Shown here piece after piece: positions 1-9,046 of a DNA stretch of 13,494 nucleotides. The stretch is from a bacterium (GTDB taxonomy: Bacteria; SAR324; NAC60-12). Each line of letters begins with the position of its first letter. Within the stretch, counting starts at the first letter, position 1. The translations under genes and the position numbers were made by a program. The notes beneath the pieces are model-generated. The model saw nothing but the letters and a program-made list of their open reading frames with translations. It made no database searches and had not been told where the DNA came from. The DNA is taken from NCBI GenBank assembly GCA_965233585.1, contig CBDDTI010000550.1, forward strand, positions 1 to 13,494. The letters run 5' to 3'.

Positions 1-648
1 AAAGCTTGCAGCAATAAATTTTTCATCCCTAATTGATCTCGTGGATTTTTTAAGGCTGTGACACAGTGGGCATTTCTGGAAATACTCTTTGCGTATTTTC
101 CTGGTGGAAACATGTACTGGCACAAGTACAGCACGGTGATATTTTGATGATGAGAATTTTTGGAGAATAAGTCCAGCAACTCTTTGTCGTCACCTCCCTC
201 TGCCATCAGATCATCTAATACGAGTATGCCACCTTTTGGAAACCATTTTTGCAAATGGAAGGTGGTAGGAATCCCTTTCGTGAAATTGTACACCAGCGTC
301 TTTCATGGCTCGGAATCCATCTTGCCATGCCCCGTAGCAATAATGAATCTTTGGGAGAGGGTTTACAAACAATTCTTCCAAGTCATCCAAGAGTAGCGCT
401 TCAATAAAACAAGTCTTGTCACATCCTGAAGGGCCCACGATCAAAATACTGGAGGGTGTCTTGAACCGAAACACTTCTGCCATCTCTAATCCGCTTGAAG
501 TCCCATGGTTCTTTTCGGTCGGAAATGTGACCTTTAAAACTTCTCGTGTTTTTTCGGATCCACTGCTTTGGCAGCTATGTTTCTCGTGACGGACTCTATT
601 GTCTGCACGCGTAAAGAGTCTCTGGCAGTAACAGCACAAAGAGGACAT
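1..648 (-). pseudogene. A32/FtsK-HerA-like DNA packaging ATPase of Polinton type, frameshifted, truncated by the window edge
   Basis: FRFKTPSSILIVGPSGCDKT (Walker A at 412-435, Asp where Gly is expected). After one extra base at ~276-278 the frame continues GIPTTFHLQKWFPKGGILVLDDLMAEGG (Walker B 210-227)...LFSKNSHHQNITVLYLCQYMF...ISRNAH...KNPRDQ to the edge. Confidence 0.9.
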
Positions 649-655
649 GTTTAGA

Positions 656-691
656 AGTCCGACTCCTTACGTCAGTCCGACTCCTTACGTC
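656..691. repeat. Perfect 18-bp tandem duplication (AGTCCGACTCCTTACGTC x2), giving two CRE/ATF-like TTACGTCA sites
   Basis: Directly visible at 656-673 and 674-691, between divergent ATGs at 648 (-) and 694 (+). Confidence 0.9.
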
Positions 692-695
692 AAAT

Positions 696-997
696 GAGCA
701 GGAGGAGTGGGAGGAGGAGGAGGAGACCAGGAGGAGGAGGTGGAAAAATAGGCAAAATAAAGATAAAGAAAAAAATGAGGAACAGGAGTACCGGGAGGAG
801 GAGGAGTAGCGGGAGAAGGAGGAGGAGGAGGAGGAGGAGTGGAAAGAAGAGGAGGTGGAGGAAGAGGAGTGGAAGGAAGAGGAGGATGAGGAGGAGGATG
901 AGAAGGAGGAGGAGAAGGGGGAGGAGGAGGTAAAGGAGGAGGAGTGGAAGGAAGAGGAGGAGGAGAGGAAGAAAAAGAAGAAGGAGGAGGAGGAGGA
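696..997 (+). repeat. Purine-rich (GAG/GGA)n low-complexity tract
   Basis: Degenerate GAG triplets with a recurring GAGGAGTGGAA(A/G)GAAGAGGAG unit; source of the poly-Arg, poly-Glu, poly-Pro and poly-Leu ORFs in the track. Confidence 0.9.
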
Positions 998-1031
998 GTG
1001 CGCGTGGCTGCATTGTGCAGCCTTGAATCTC

Positions 1032-1836
1032 TATGAAGACAGAGTACGCTATGTTGGCCAATACCAACAGAAAGAAGGCATCGCACTCGACCCCTTTCTG
1101 ATGCAAAAAAATCCTGGACGCAAAGCGACGGCCAAACTCATGCTCAACAGCTTCTGGGGTAAGTTTGGAGAAAATCTCCACAAACCCACCCCCTAAGCCG
1201 TCCAGAATGCTCTCCATCTCTTCGCTCTGGTCTCCAATCCCTTTAACGACATACGTCAAGTCAGACTCTCCAACGACGAGACGCTCGAAGTCGTCTACGC
1301 CAACCTCAAGGACAAGGGCTGCTTTCACCACCTCTCACGCCAGACTCAAACTGTACTACTACCTAGAACAACTTCACTAACTTGTGCTTTACTTTGATAC
1401 TGACTCGGTCATCTACACCGTCAAACCGGGTCAGCCGGATATTCTTCTAAGGGACTACCAAGAAGAAATGACTGACGAACTCGATAACGGTGGCTTCATC
1501 GTCGAATTCACTTCCCCCGGCCCTAAGAATTACGGTTAGAAGACCCACCAAGGCAAGGTGTGCTGTAAAGTGAGAGGGTTCACCCTCAATGTACGTGGAT
1601 CCCAGCAACTCAACTATGACGTCATGCGTCAAAACCTGATCGACGAAATCACTCAACCTCTCGACAAACGACGCAACATCGATGTAGTCAACCCCAATTT
1701 CTTCTGGAGAAACCCCGCCACCAAGCATCTCAAAGTCATAACACGTACCAAACGCTACGGGCTCGTCTTCGACAAACGCGTCGTAGACCCGAACACTTTC
1801 ATGTCGTTTCCTTACCGATTCACCCAGGACACTTAA
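1032..1836 (+). pseudogene. Protein-primed family B DNA polymerase (pPolB), C-terminal fragment
   Basis: KEGIALD...KNPGRKATAKLMLNSFWGKFGE (motif B, 1134-1163), AAFTTSHARLKLY, VLYFDTDS (motif C, 1390-1407), GPKNYG, CKVRGFTLN, FDKR. In-frame stops at 1194, 1378 and 1537, and a frameshift near 1315. Exonuclease domain and motif A are absent. Confidence 0.93.
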
Positions 1837-1860
1837 AAATGTATTAAATACGAATGTGTC

Positions 1861-1866
1861 AATAAA
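1861..1866 (+). promoter_or_regulatory. Candidate polyadenylation signal of the polB gene
   Basis: AATAAA about 25 nt after the polB stop codon (1834-1836). Confidence 0.45.
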
Positions 1867-1879
1867 ATGTTTACCAATT

Positions 1880-2046
1880 TTATTCACTTCCGGTGTTTTG
1901 GGCCGGTGATAGGGGACCTGTCCATCAAAACAACCTGTTGCTATGGAAAATTATTAATGAGTTTTAAATTCGCCATCTTGGATATGCAAATGAACCAATC
2001 CGGACATTTGATTGGTCGAGAGCGATTTTTAATGATAAGTACTACT
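1880..2046 (-). repeat. Probable right terminal inverted repeat of the Polinton-like element (partner not in window; inner boundary approximate)
   Basis: Non-coding, motif-dense segment after polB ending in ACTACT (2041-2046). Confidence 0.6.
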
Positions 2047-2077
2047 CTCTGATTGGATACGGCCCAGATGAGCGTGC

Positions 2078-3570
2078 TAAATGTACTGGTATTTACCTGT
2101 GTCCCTGTTCCTTTTTTGAGTCGATTAGAAGGGATTTGAATGAAGTGAAGGTGGTTTAAGTTTCTAGTAACGTCGTTAACTATTAACTCGCGTTGCCAGG
2201 TGATTATATGTCTTTTCCCACTTTGTAATTATGACTGTCCAATTACATCTAACGTCGTGAACTATCAACTCCCATCGGGGGAGAAAAGGAGAAAACAGAC
2301 AAGGGATAAAACTAAAACGAGGCCAGTTTTATTTTGGTGCTTAAATCTCTTGATATAGAACAAAATCGTTTAGAATTTCACACCTTGATTGATGAAGCAG
2401 TTAATGTTAAGCTGAAGTTGGAATTGTTTTCTTGGGCGTCTCTTTTTCATCTCATTTTCGAGTTGTATTTAGACGCGGCTTTTCGTCCAATCTGTGGCTA
2501 CACTTGACTGGACCAGAAGTGCTCCTAAACTTGGGAGTAGATGCTTCGTCAAAGCTGTCTTGTTGTACTCTTGACAGACTGTTTTGTTTACGTTTGACTG
2601 CCGCTTGCGGCACAAACATACAAGGGAACGCGTCGCGCGAACTTTGTGGTCAGTCTCGCAAGATAAACTCTAGCAAGGTAACCGTGTCATTCTTTAAGCG
2701 ATTATTTTATTAATCACATGCGCTAAAGAAATCTTTTTCAGAGTTGGCCTGGTATAAATAAAGTTCCAGTATGGTTAGTGGAATTTTGTTTTGGAGTCAC
2801 GTTCAGTACGATCCCAGCAAGAAAAAGCAAATGTGAAATCTTTGCTGAAATAAAACCAACTGCTTTAAATCAGTCCGTGCTTGCGGTTAAGTTCATGTTT
2901 TATTTAAGCTCTTGTAAAGAAAGATATGCCATCCGTGTTTACTATTACGATTTGCGTTAAACTAAAATTCAAATTTTGTTAGTAAACCGGATTTTAACGG
3001 CTAAGTAGGAAGATGTTTTCTGACTCGCGACCTGGTGCTTTAGTATTCTCTGGCTGCTAATATATTTATGTTCTCTGCAAACGCTTATTATTTAGAGGTA
3101 GAATACCGAGCCAAAGGTGAAAAAAAAGCACACAAAATAGACAGAATGCAGAGTATAAGTCGGCTCACCAATAAACGACGTTGAAATTGCCTCGTACTAA
3201 TTATGAAGTATTTGCGCGGAAATTGTAGTCAAAGGCCGCCGTCGACGTTCACCGTCTCGTGTTTCCTCGCAAATATCCACGCAAGAAACCATGCAGGCTG
3301 TTCCACTCAACTGTAGTCACAGACTAGACTGAAAGCTCCTGAGAATGTCTCCCCCGAAGTGAGTTAATAGTTAAATACGTTACTTGAAACTTGAGACGTA
3401 ATCGAAGCGTCATATTTACAAAACGGCAGATGAGATAATATTCGGAAATGTCAACCACCTAGCTTCGCTTCATTCAAATCCCTTCTAAACGACTCAGAAA
3501 AGACACAGGGAGACAAGTAAGAAGCACTACATCTAGTTTTAATGCTTATAAAGTGTTCAGGTTCCCTGTG
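2078..3570 (+). mobile_element. Non-autonomous DNA transposon with ~120-bp imperfect TIRs, copy 1 (outer ~35 bp of the left TIR lost)
   Basis: 2078-2157 is an imperfect inverted match to 3453-3535 (e.g. GAAGGGATTTGAATGAAG / CTTCATTCAAATCCCTTC). Ends ...GTTCCCTGTG at 3570. Colinear with 11962-13494. Confidence 0.85.
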
Positions 3571-3949
3571 CTCGTCTTTTTTTTTCTTTTCACTCATCAG
3601 GCATTTTGCCACTTTGATAAATAAATATTGTTAGGAGAAAGAACTTAATATTTTTGTAGTTCAGTCAGCAACTTTTTTTTTTTCTACCGCAAAACATCAC
3701 CGGTCTATATGCCTGTCTAGATGGGAAAATCTAGAGCGCTTTCGATATCGAATTCAGCGAATCAAATTCGTAATACACCTTTATCACACGGCAGCCAGTT
3801 TGAGTCCCAGGAGAACAAAAAGCTTTGTTTTTGCTCGTCCAGCCTCGCACTGGATGAGAGGTTAGACGGGCAAAATCTTTTGTTTCAGGATTGCATGATA
3901 AAGATCTATTCGCTGAGCCCCAGTCCTTTTACACACAGCCATATTATAA
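3571..3949 (+). repeat. Second half of a fold-back-type interspersed repeat split by the long-TIR transposon
   Basis: Begins with the target-site copy CTCGTCT, has a small hairpin TCTAGATGGGAAAATCTAGA followed by GCGAATCA, and ends GCCATATTATAA like the related repeats. Joining it to 11673-11926 rests on the shared TSD and on my recollection of the family. Confidence 0.55.
3772..3910. mobile_element. Small (~135 bp) MITE nested in the repeat above
   Basis: Ends AATACACCTTTATCA and TGATAAAGATCTATT match 13/15 as inverted repeats, with internal partial symmetry. Confidence 0.65.
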
Positions 3950-3951
3950 CT

Positions 3952-4159
3952 AAACAATTTTACAGTGACCTGGCCTCTGAATGGCAGCGAGGCTGGAAAT
4001 GACCTTGTTTTGATACAGACTTCACTATTTTTTTCTTGTGCTAACTGATTGACATTTGAAAAAAAAAGCCGAGATGTTTGTATTAAAGCAAGGTCACCTC
4101 CAGCCGTGCTTGCAGTAAAACGCTAGGTAACTGAGCTCACAACTGTAAAATGGCCTATT
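3952..4159. mobile_element. Palindromic MITE, degenerate
   Basis: ATTTTACAGT / ACTGTAAAAT near the ends; inner arms GGCTGGAAATGACCTTGTTTTGATACAGAC / GTTTGTATTAAAGCAAGGTCACCTCCAGCC. Confidence 0.7.
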
Positions 4160-4228
4160 AAACAGGAAATTTATGCACAAATGCATCGTACTTAGTCGGC
4201 TGAGTTAATGCCCTTTTTTATCTATTAG

Positions 4229-4358
4229 CTTGCCCGTTACCCCTGGGAATAAGTGATGGACGAATAAGTGATGAACAGCTTTCAGCTTCCTCAGAATTGG
4301 ACGACATTCATGCAGCGAAACAAGGGAGGGTTTCTTTAATCATCCCAAGCAAGAACAG
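4229..4358 (+). CDS. Internal exon A of an extracellular protein: start of an F5/8 type C (discoidin) domain
   Basis: Acceptor ctttttatctattAG, donor GTattg; phase 1 to 2. CPLPLGISDGRISDEQLSASSELDDIHAAKQGRVSLIIPSKN matches the discoidin N-terminal C..PLG...G.I.D.Q..ASS pattern. Missed by the ORF track. Confidence 0.88.
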
Positions 4359-4728
4359 GTATTGTGCCACGGATAGAGATGCTTGGTTTAATTGTAACCA
4401 GTGCAGGACAAAGAAAAAGTTAACAACAAGCAGAAAACTCACTTCCGGGATATAATTAAATGCGGCTAGGGTTTCGACAATACTCATTGTTGATCCAGAC
4501 TTTCGCTCGATTCTGTGTAACCTTATTAGAACTGCAGCATTTGTTGCAGGCTTGCAATTCTATTTGTCATCATAATCATGGTAAGTTGGAGCAGCTGTTG
4601 TTTTCTGGGGGCTACTTGAATTGTTTCTGTTGTTTATTTTATTATTCTCCCTAAGAGTATTAAGGCATTCATGTTGAACTTGCGAGAGCCGTCACTCGCT
4701 CCATCAGGATAGAACCTCGGAATACATA

Positions 4729-6148
4729 TATACCTCTTACTAACCGAGTTTGAGGTCAGTACCGTTATTTACGGGCCAAGCTTTTTCCCCCTCGATTTAT
4801 GGCCCAAGCACGAATAGCGGGAACACACTAGGATCCCTAACTTACAGTACGGACCGAGAAGACGAGGTTCGTAAGATATTTATCATATCTCTACTGTTTG
4901 TCTGACGGGTTGGGGAACAATTTCCATTTATGAACGGCTTCAAATTTCTGAACCAGGTCGAAAGCAAAATGAGTCAATTTTAAATCGTTCTTAAGTCGTT
5001 AGAACGTTTTAGTACACATTTTAGAGTAAAAGTTCAGAAAGTTTAGAAAATTTGGTGATAAGTTACGCAACTGTTAAAGGAACACTGTCACGTTTTTGCG
5101 CATGCGCGAGAGCTTGATTTTAGAACAGGGAGTTAAGAATTCAAAGATGCGGGAATTGACATAGAGCTTTCACAAATCCGTTTGCATCGTCCTCAATCAA
5201 CTTTGGCTTTGCCCTAAAATTTCTCAGAATCAAAGATCAGTGATACACGGTTCACGTTAAGTGTCAATTTGTGTGTAATCGAGTCCTTTCGGTGTTAACT
5301 TCAATGCCGTATGAGGGAACTTCGAGTGGAAGGAAGTGTTATGGCGCTGGACGAAGACGGCTTTATTTTGGCAGCTTTCAGAAAGGTTTAGAAAATCGGG
5401 AAAGGACTGAGAAGTAATGGAACCAGCAACATAGCAGGATGTTTTCAAAGAAACCGATTCACGAGGCTTGGGAGAGACTGAAAGGATCGCCCTCATGCGA
5501 GCGTTTCTTTGTTGACATTTTACTCAAGCAAGCAGACCTTTACTCGTTGGTTTTCTTTCTCGATATTGAGACATTCTATCAGGTTCTCTTCGCTCAGGTA
5601 TACTCTGTAAGATTGACTCCGATTTATTTGTTTTTAGCTATCAGGACTGTTTTGTAAATACACTCGTGACTCGTGTATAAAGTCAGTAAAATTTCCATCA
5701 TATCATTCGGACATTAGCATATTCAGGCTTGTTATGAACCACGGACTTACCATTACCTTGTTTTCGCATTACTCAAGCGGCTTTTCACGTGTTCCACCAT
5801 TACATTGGTCAATACAGTTTTTATTTGCCGTTTAACACGAAAAGACAAGTCGCTTTCCCTGACTAGTTGAGCGAGTTAACCTTTCTTCTTGTAATTGAGA
5901 GATGAACGCAAGTGGCGAATGGGATATACATAGCGCTCACTTTGTCGCGTCTGGATGACGCGACAAAGTGACAGTTCTATTGTTTTCCGATGAAAGAAGC
6001 CAGTTAAGTTCGCGCGTGCGCTACATCGTGATAGTGTCCCTTTAATAACAAAAATACTTTAAATTTAGCGGTCCGTGCAGGAAAGTACGGCCCGCTAAAT
6101 TGACCAATCACAGCGCGCGTACTAACTTAACGTACTAAGATATAATAA
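4729..6148 (+). repeat. Fold-back interspersed repeat with a subterminal inverted repeat, interrupted by the 5078-6041 element
   Basis: Fold-back 4736-4875; ATATTTATCATATCT (4876-4890) is inverted to AGATATAATAAATAT (6138-6152), 14/15; hairpin AATTTAGCGGTCCGT...ACGGCCCGCTAAATT followed by GACCAATCACAGCGC. Confidence 0.65.
5078..6041. mobile_element. Non-autonomous TTAA-targeting DNA transposon (Kolobok-like), 964 bp
   Basis: TTAA at 5074-5077 and 6042-6045; ~32-bp imperfect TIRs AGGAACACTGTCACG... / ...CGTGATAGTGTCCCT. AG...CT termini fit Kolobok rather than piggyBac (CC...GG). Confidence 0.82.
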
Positions 6149-6154
6149 ATATAT

Positions 6155-6459
6155 TTATTATATGACTAGCCCCGCGTGCGGAGAAGATTACCCAAATCGA
6201 GCGCTGTGATTGGCTACCCAAGCAGGCAAGATGGAACCATCTTGCCCACTCGGGCATTCCCGATGTATCCCGCATGAAAAATTGCCCACAAGTCATATAA
6301 TAAATCCTCTTTTGACCAACTTTGTCCCGTAAAGATAGCTGGATATTTTTTTGCGAGAATATAAACCTCAACTTTACCTCGGTCCATAAACACGCAAAAA
6401 AAGAACTTGCTTAATATCCAGCCATCTTGACCTAACGCTTGCTCAATAACCCACATATA
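6155..6459 (-). repeat. Fold-back interspersed repeat, abutting the previous one in opposite orientation
   Basis: Perfect 15-bp inverted repeat 6153-6167 / 6291-6305; hairpin GGCAAGATGGAACCATCTTGCC next to GCGCTGTGATTGG; fold-back arms AAGATAGCTGGATATT / AATATCCAGCCATCTT. Confidence 0.7.
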
Positions 6460-6535
6460 GTTTATTTCTTCGGTACAATATAAACAACGTGAACCATTCT
6501 CTGTTTCGTAAAGATCTCTTTTTTTTGAATAACAG

Positions 6536-6731
6536 TGCCTGGTGTGCCGCTCCAACGTTTGATCTGAGAAGTCAACACTTGCAAGTAGATCTGCTGACAA
6601 TTCATATTGTGTCAGCAGTTTCAACCCAAGGTGCAGTTATTAACAACAGCTGGGTCAGCAGTTATCTCGTGCATTACAGCCTGGATGGTAACGAGTGGAT
6701 TGTACTCACTGATGAAGGAGGCGAAATTAAG
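6536..6731 (+). CDS. Internal exon B: middle of the F5/8 type C domain
   Basis: Acceptor tttttgaataacAG, donor GTccgt; phase 2 to 0. (S)AWCAAPTFDLRSQHLQVDLLTIHIVSAVSTQGAVINNSWVSSYLVHYSLDGNEWIVLTDEGGEIK has the AW, LQVDL, V.TQG, WV..Y...YS.DG..W hallmarks. Confidence 0.93.
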
Positions 6732-7061
6732 GTCCGTTTTTCAACAGTTCATATTTTGCAAAAATTGCACTAGGGTCTGATTTAAGATGATGTGGATTAA
6801 ATGGACACCGACTACCCTTTTTTAAAAGCAAAACATTAAAGAAAATCGGAAGAGTAAAAAAAAAAAGCATGCTCTCATGGGAAGGCATCTTATTGTAATT
6901 TCATCTTGGTGGCATTGCCATCACCTCTAGCGCAACGGTTCTCAATTAGGTTTCCAATCTCAAATTGCGAGAAGAGAAGTAATCGAGAATGGCTCCTGAT
7001 TGCAACATTTTTTTGTCCCAGTCACTCTGCTTCCCAAAGTATCAGTCATGCCCCACCCCTG

Positions 7062-7079
7062 CCCCCCCCCCCCCCCCCC
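7062..7079 (+). repeat. Poly-C tract (18 nt), intronic
   Basis: Directly visible, preceded by CCCCACCCCTG. Confidence 0.9.
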
Positions 7080-7261
7080 TATTTCGATTTCGGTTGAAAA
7101 ATCATATAAAGAGTGAAGCTTCACGTAGAATCTACTGTCGAAGCAGCTCAGATTATCGTAGAAAATGTGTATAGCCTCTTTAAGCCTTCGAACATAACAG
7201 TTACTACTTTAGCCATTATTGATACATCTTAATATGATCTATTGAAAACTGCCCTGTCCAG

Positions 7262-7445
7262 GAATTTAACGGAAATTTGGACAACTCCTCACTCCGTCAC
7301 CATTGGTTAAAGCCTCACTTCCATGCTCGTGCTATTCGTTTTGTTCCTCTCTGGTGGGTCGGTCAACAATGCATGCGCGTGGAGCTTCATGGCTGTAACA
7401 AGACAAACACATCCTTTGAAAAGCTCATTGAAAACTTGAAAAATG
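7262..7445 (+). CDS. Internal exon C: end of the F5/8 type C domain plus linker
   Basis: Acceptor ccctgtccAG, donor GTgagt; phase 0 to 1. EFNGNLDNSSLRHHWLKPHFHARAIRFVPLWWVGQQCMRVELHGCNKTNTSFEKLIENLKN has F.GN.D, AR.IR..P..W and MRVEL.GC. Confidence 0.93.
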
Positions 7446-8464
7446 GTGAGTCATAATATTTTAGTGAATAATAAAAGATAAGAAAACCTGCACCAGACCA
7501 ATGAGATAAGGCTCCTTCCGTCCTTTAATAAAGAACAGTTTGTGAACTCAAAATTGAGTGATTAGCACTGAAAAATTGAACAAATGGCTGAAAGGTTATC
7601 ATCCAGTTAGAAATATCATGCGAAACACGAGCTTGGTTCTTTTGCGTCTATTATCCAAGAATAAAAATAACAACAACCATTTTATTTTGCTTTTACACAT
7701 AATATTATATAGTAACAACTAAACTAGCTGAGTAGTTACAAACATGATTACACTTTTAACAGATTGTAGAAAAAAAATTAAAAAGATAATAATCAAACTA
7801 AAAAAAATGGAGGAGCAGTTGTTACAAATAAGATAATTTACATTAAAAAAACCAACAGCATACCAACTTGTCAGCTAATCAAACTGCAGCATGCGGCGCA
7901 AATTTATTCACTTTGAAGTTTCTGGGAGAACCAAGAGCATAATGGGAAAAATGCGCCAAACAAGTAAAATGATAAGCTAAACTTTTCTCCAGTGACATCA
8001 ATTATGCAAATGCAAATGAAAACGAGTTCATAATTAGATGTGCGACTCTTTCGTTTGAGTCAGATGCAGCTCTGTATGCCTTCCTCCTTACAATCACAGT
8101 AGCTTTAATTGCTCGGTTGACATCAATTCAAACTTCACAGAGTGGTTTTACTAAACCCGTAAGATAGATAGCGGTCGTTAATCAGGATATTTCATTGTTT
8201 TAGTTCCTGGGGTACATTTCATTTCTTTCTTCTCGCTGGGCTAGGCTTAAGGCTCTGTTCCTCAAAAACTTTTGGTTCTTTTATCCAAAGATCAAACTTT
8301 GCAAAGCTATGTAATTTTTAATTTCAAACAACCGTATGTTTTTTGTTTTTTTTTGTTTTTTTTTTTTTTAACGTAGCTTAAAGTAAATGTAGTTAACAAT
8401 ATTCTATTTTTTGTAATAATCGTATAATTCAACTTTTAGTTGCAAATCGGTTATTAATAAAAAT

Positions 8465-8674
<210 letters not shown>

Positions 8675-9046
8675 AAAAGAGACCTGGGAAATTTAACTTT
8701 CAATAACAACTAAAACCGGTCTATGCAAGCCTGTATTTTAAACCAATGATGAGCTCTCCTGGCGTAAGCAAAGTTAACATTGACAATGCCATTACTCAAT
8801 TCATTCAGACTTTTAACTGGACACCGTCGTCTTCTGGTTTCACTTGCCACGTTTGGATAACACTGAAGAGGCTATAGTTCCTTTTGACTAAGACTCAAAC
8901 AATTCTTATCGGCTTCTTTCGTAATGTCCAATCTCAGAACTCCATGATTCGAACTAAGGCATGAATTGATTATCAAGTTTCTGTTTTACTTGATTAGTGA
9001 AATTATTTTAACAAAACTAATAAGTAATACTGTAATGTCTTTTTAG

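Larger units (their letters stand above)
1..2046. mobile_element. Decayed, internally deleted Polinton/Maverick (adintovirus-like) endogenous viral element, right end; continues off the left edge
   Basis: Packaging-ATPase and protein-primed PolB remnants lie side by side. Downstream non-coding DNA ends in ...AAGTACTACT (reads AGTAGT on the - strand), a Polinton-type terminus. Confidence 0.88.

Noticed and set aside
160..396. 78-aa plus-strand ORF
   Set aside because: Antisense to the ATPase.
685..1331. Minus-strand poly-Pro (133 aa) and poly-Leu (213 aa) ORFs
   Set aside because: Antisense shadows of the GAG tract and polB.
1447..1887. 146-aa minus-strand ORF
   Set aside because: Antisense to polB, which carries the conserved motifs.
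4329..4335. Alternative donor for exon A after GGGAGG (GTttct)
   Set aside because: Phase 0, incompatible with the phase-2 start of exon B; the 4358 donor fits.
5257..5657. ORFs inside the Kolobok-like element as a transposase remnant
   Set aside because: Short, with no recognisable DDE or THAP motif.
6135..6624. Minus-strand ORFs of 78 and 136 aa
   Set aside because: Run through a non-coding repeat and antisense to exon B; no domain signal.
6906..7174. Proline-rich ORFs
   Set aside because: Produced by the intronic poly-C tract.
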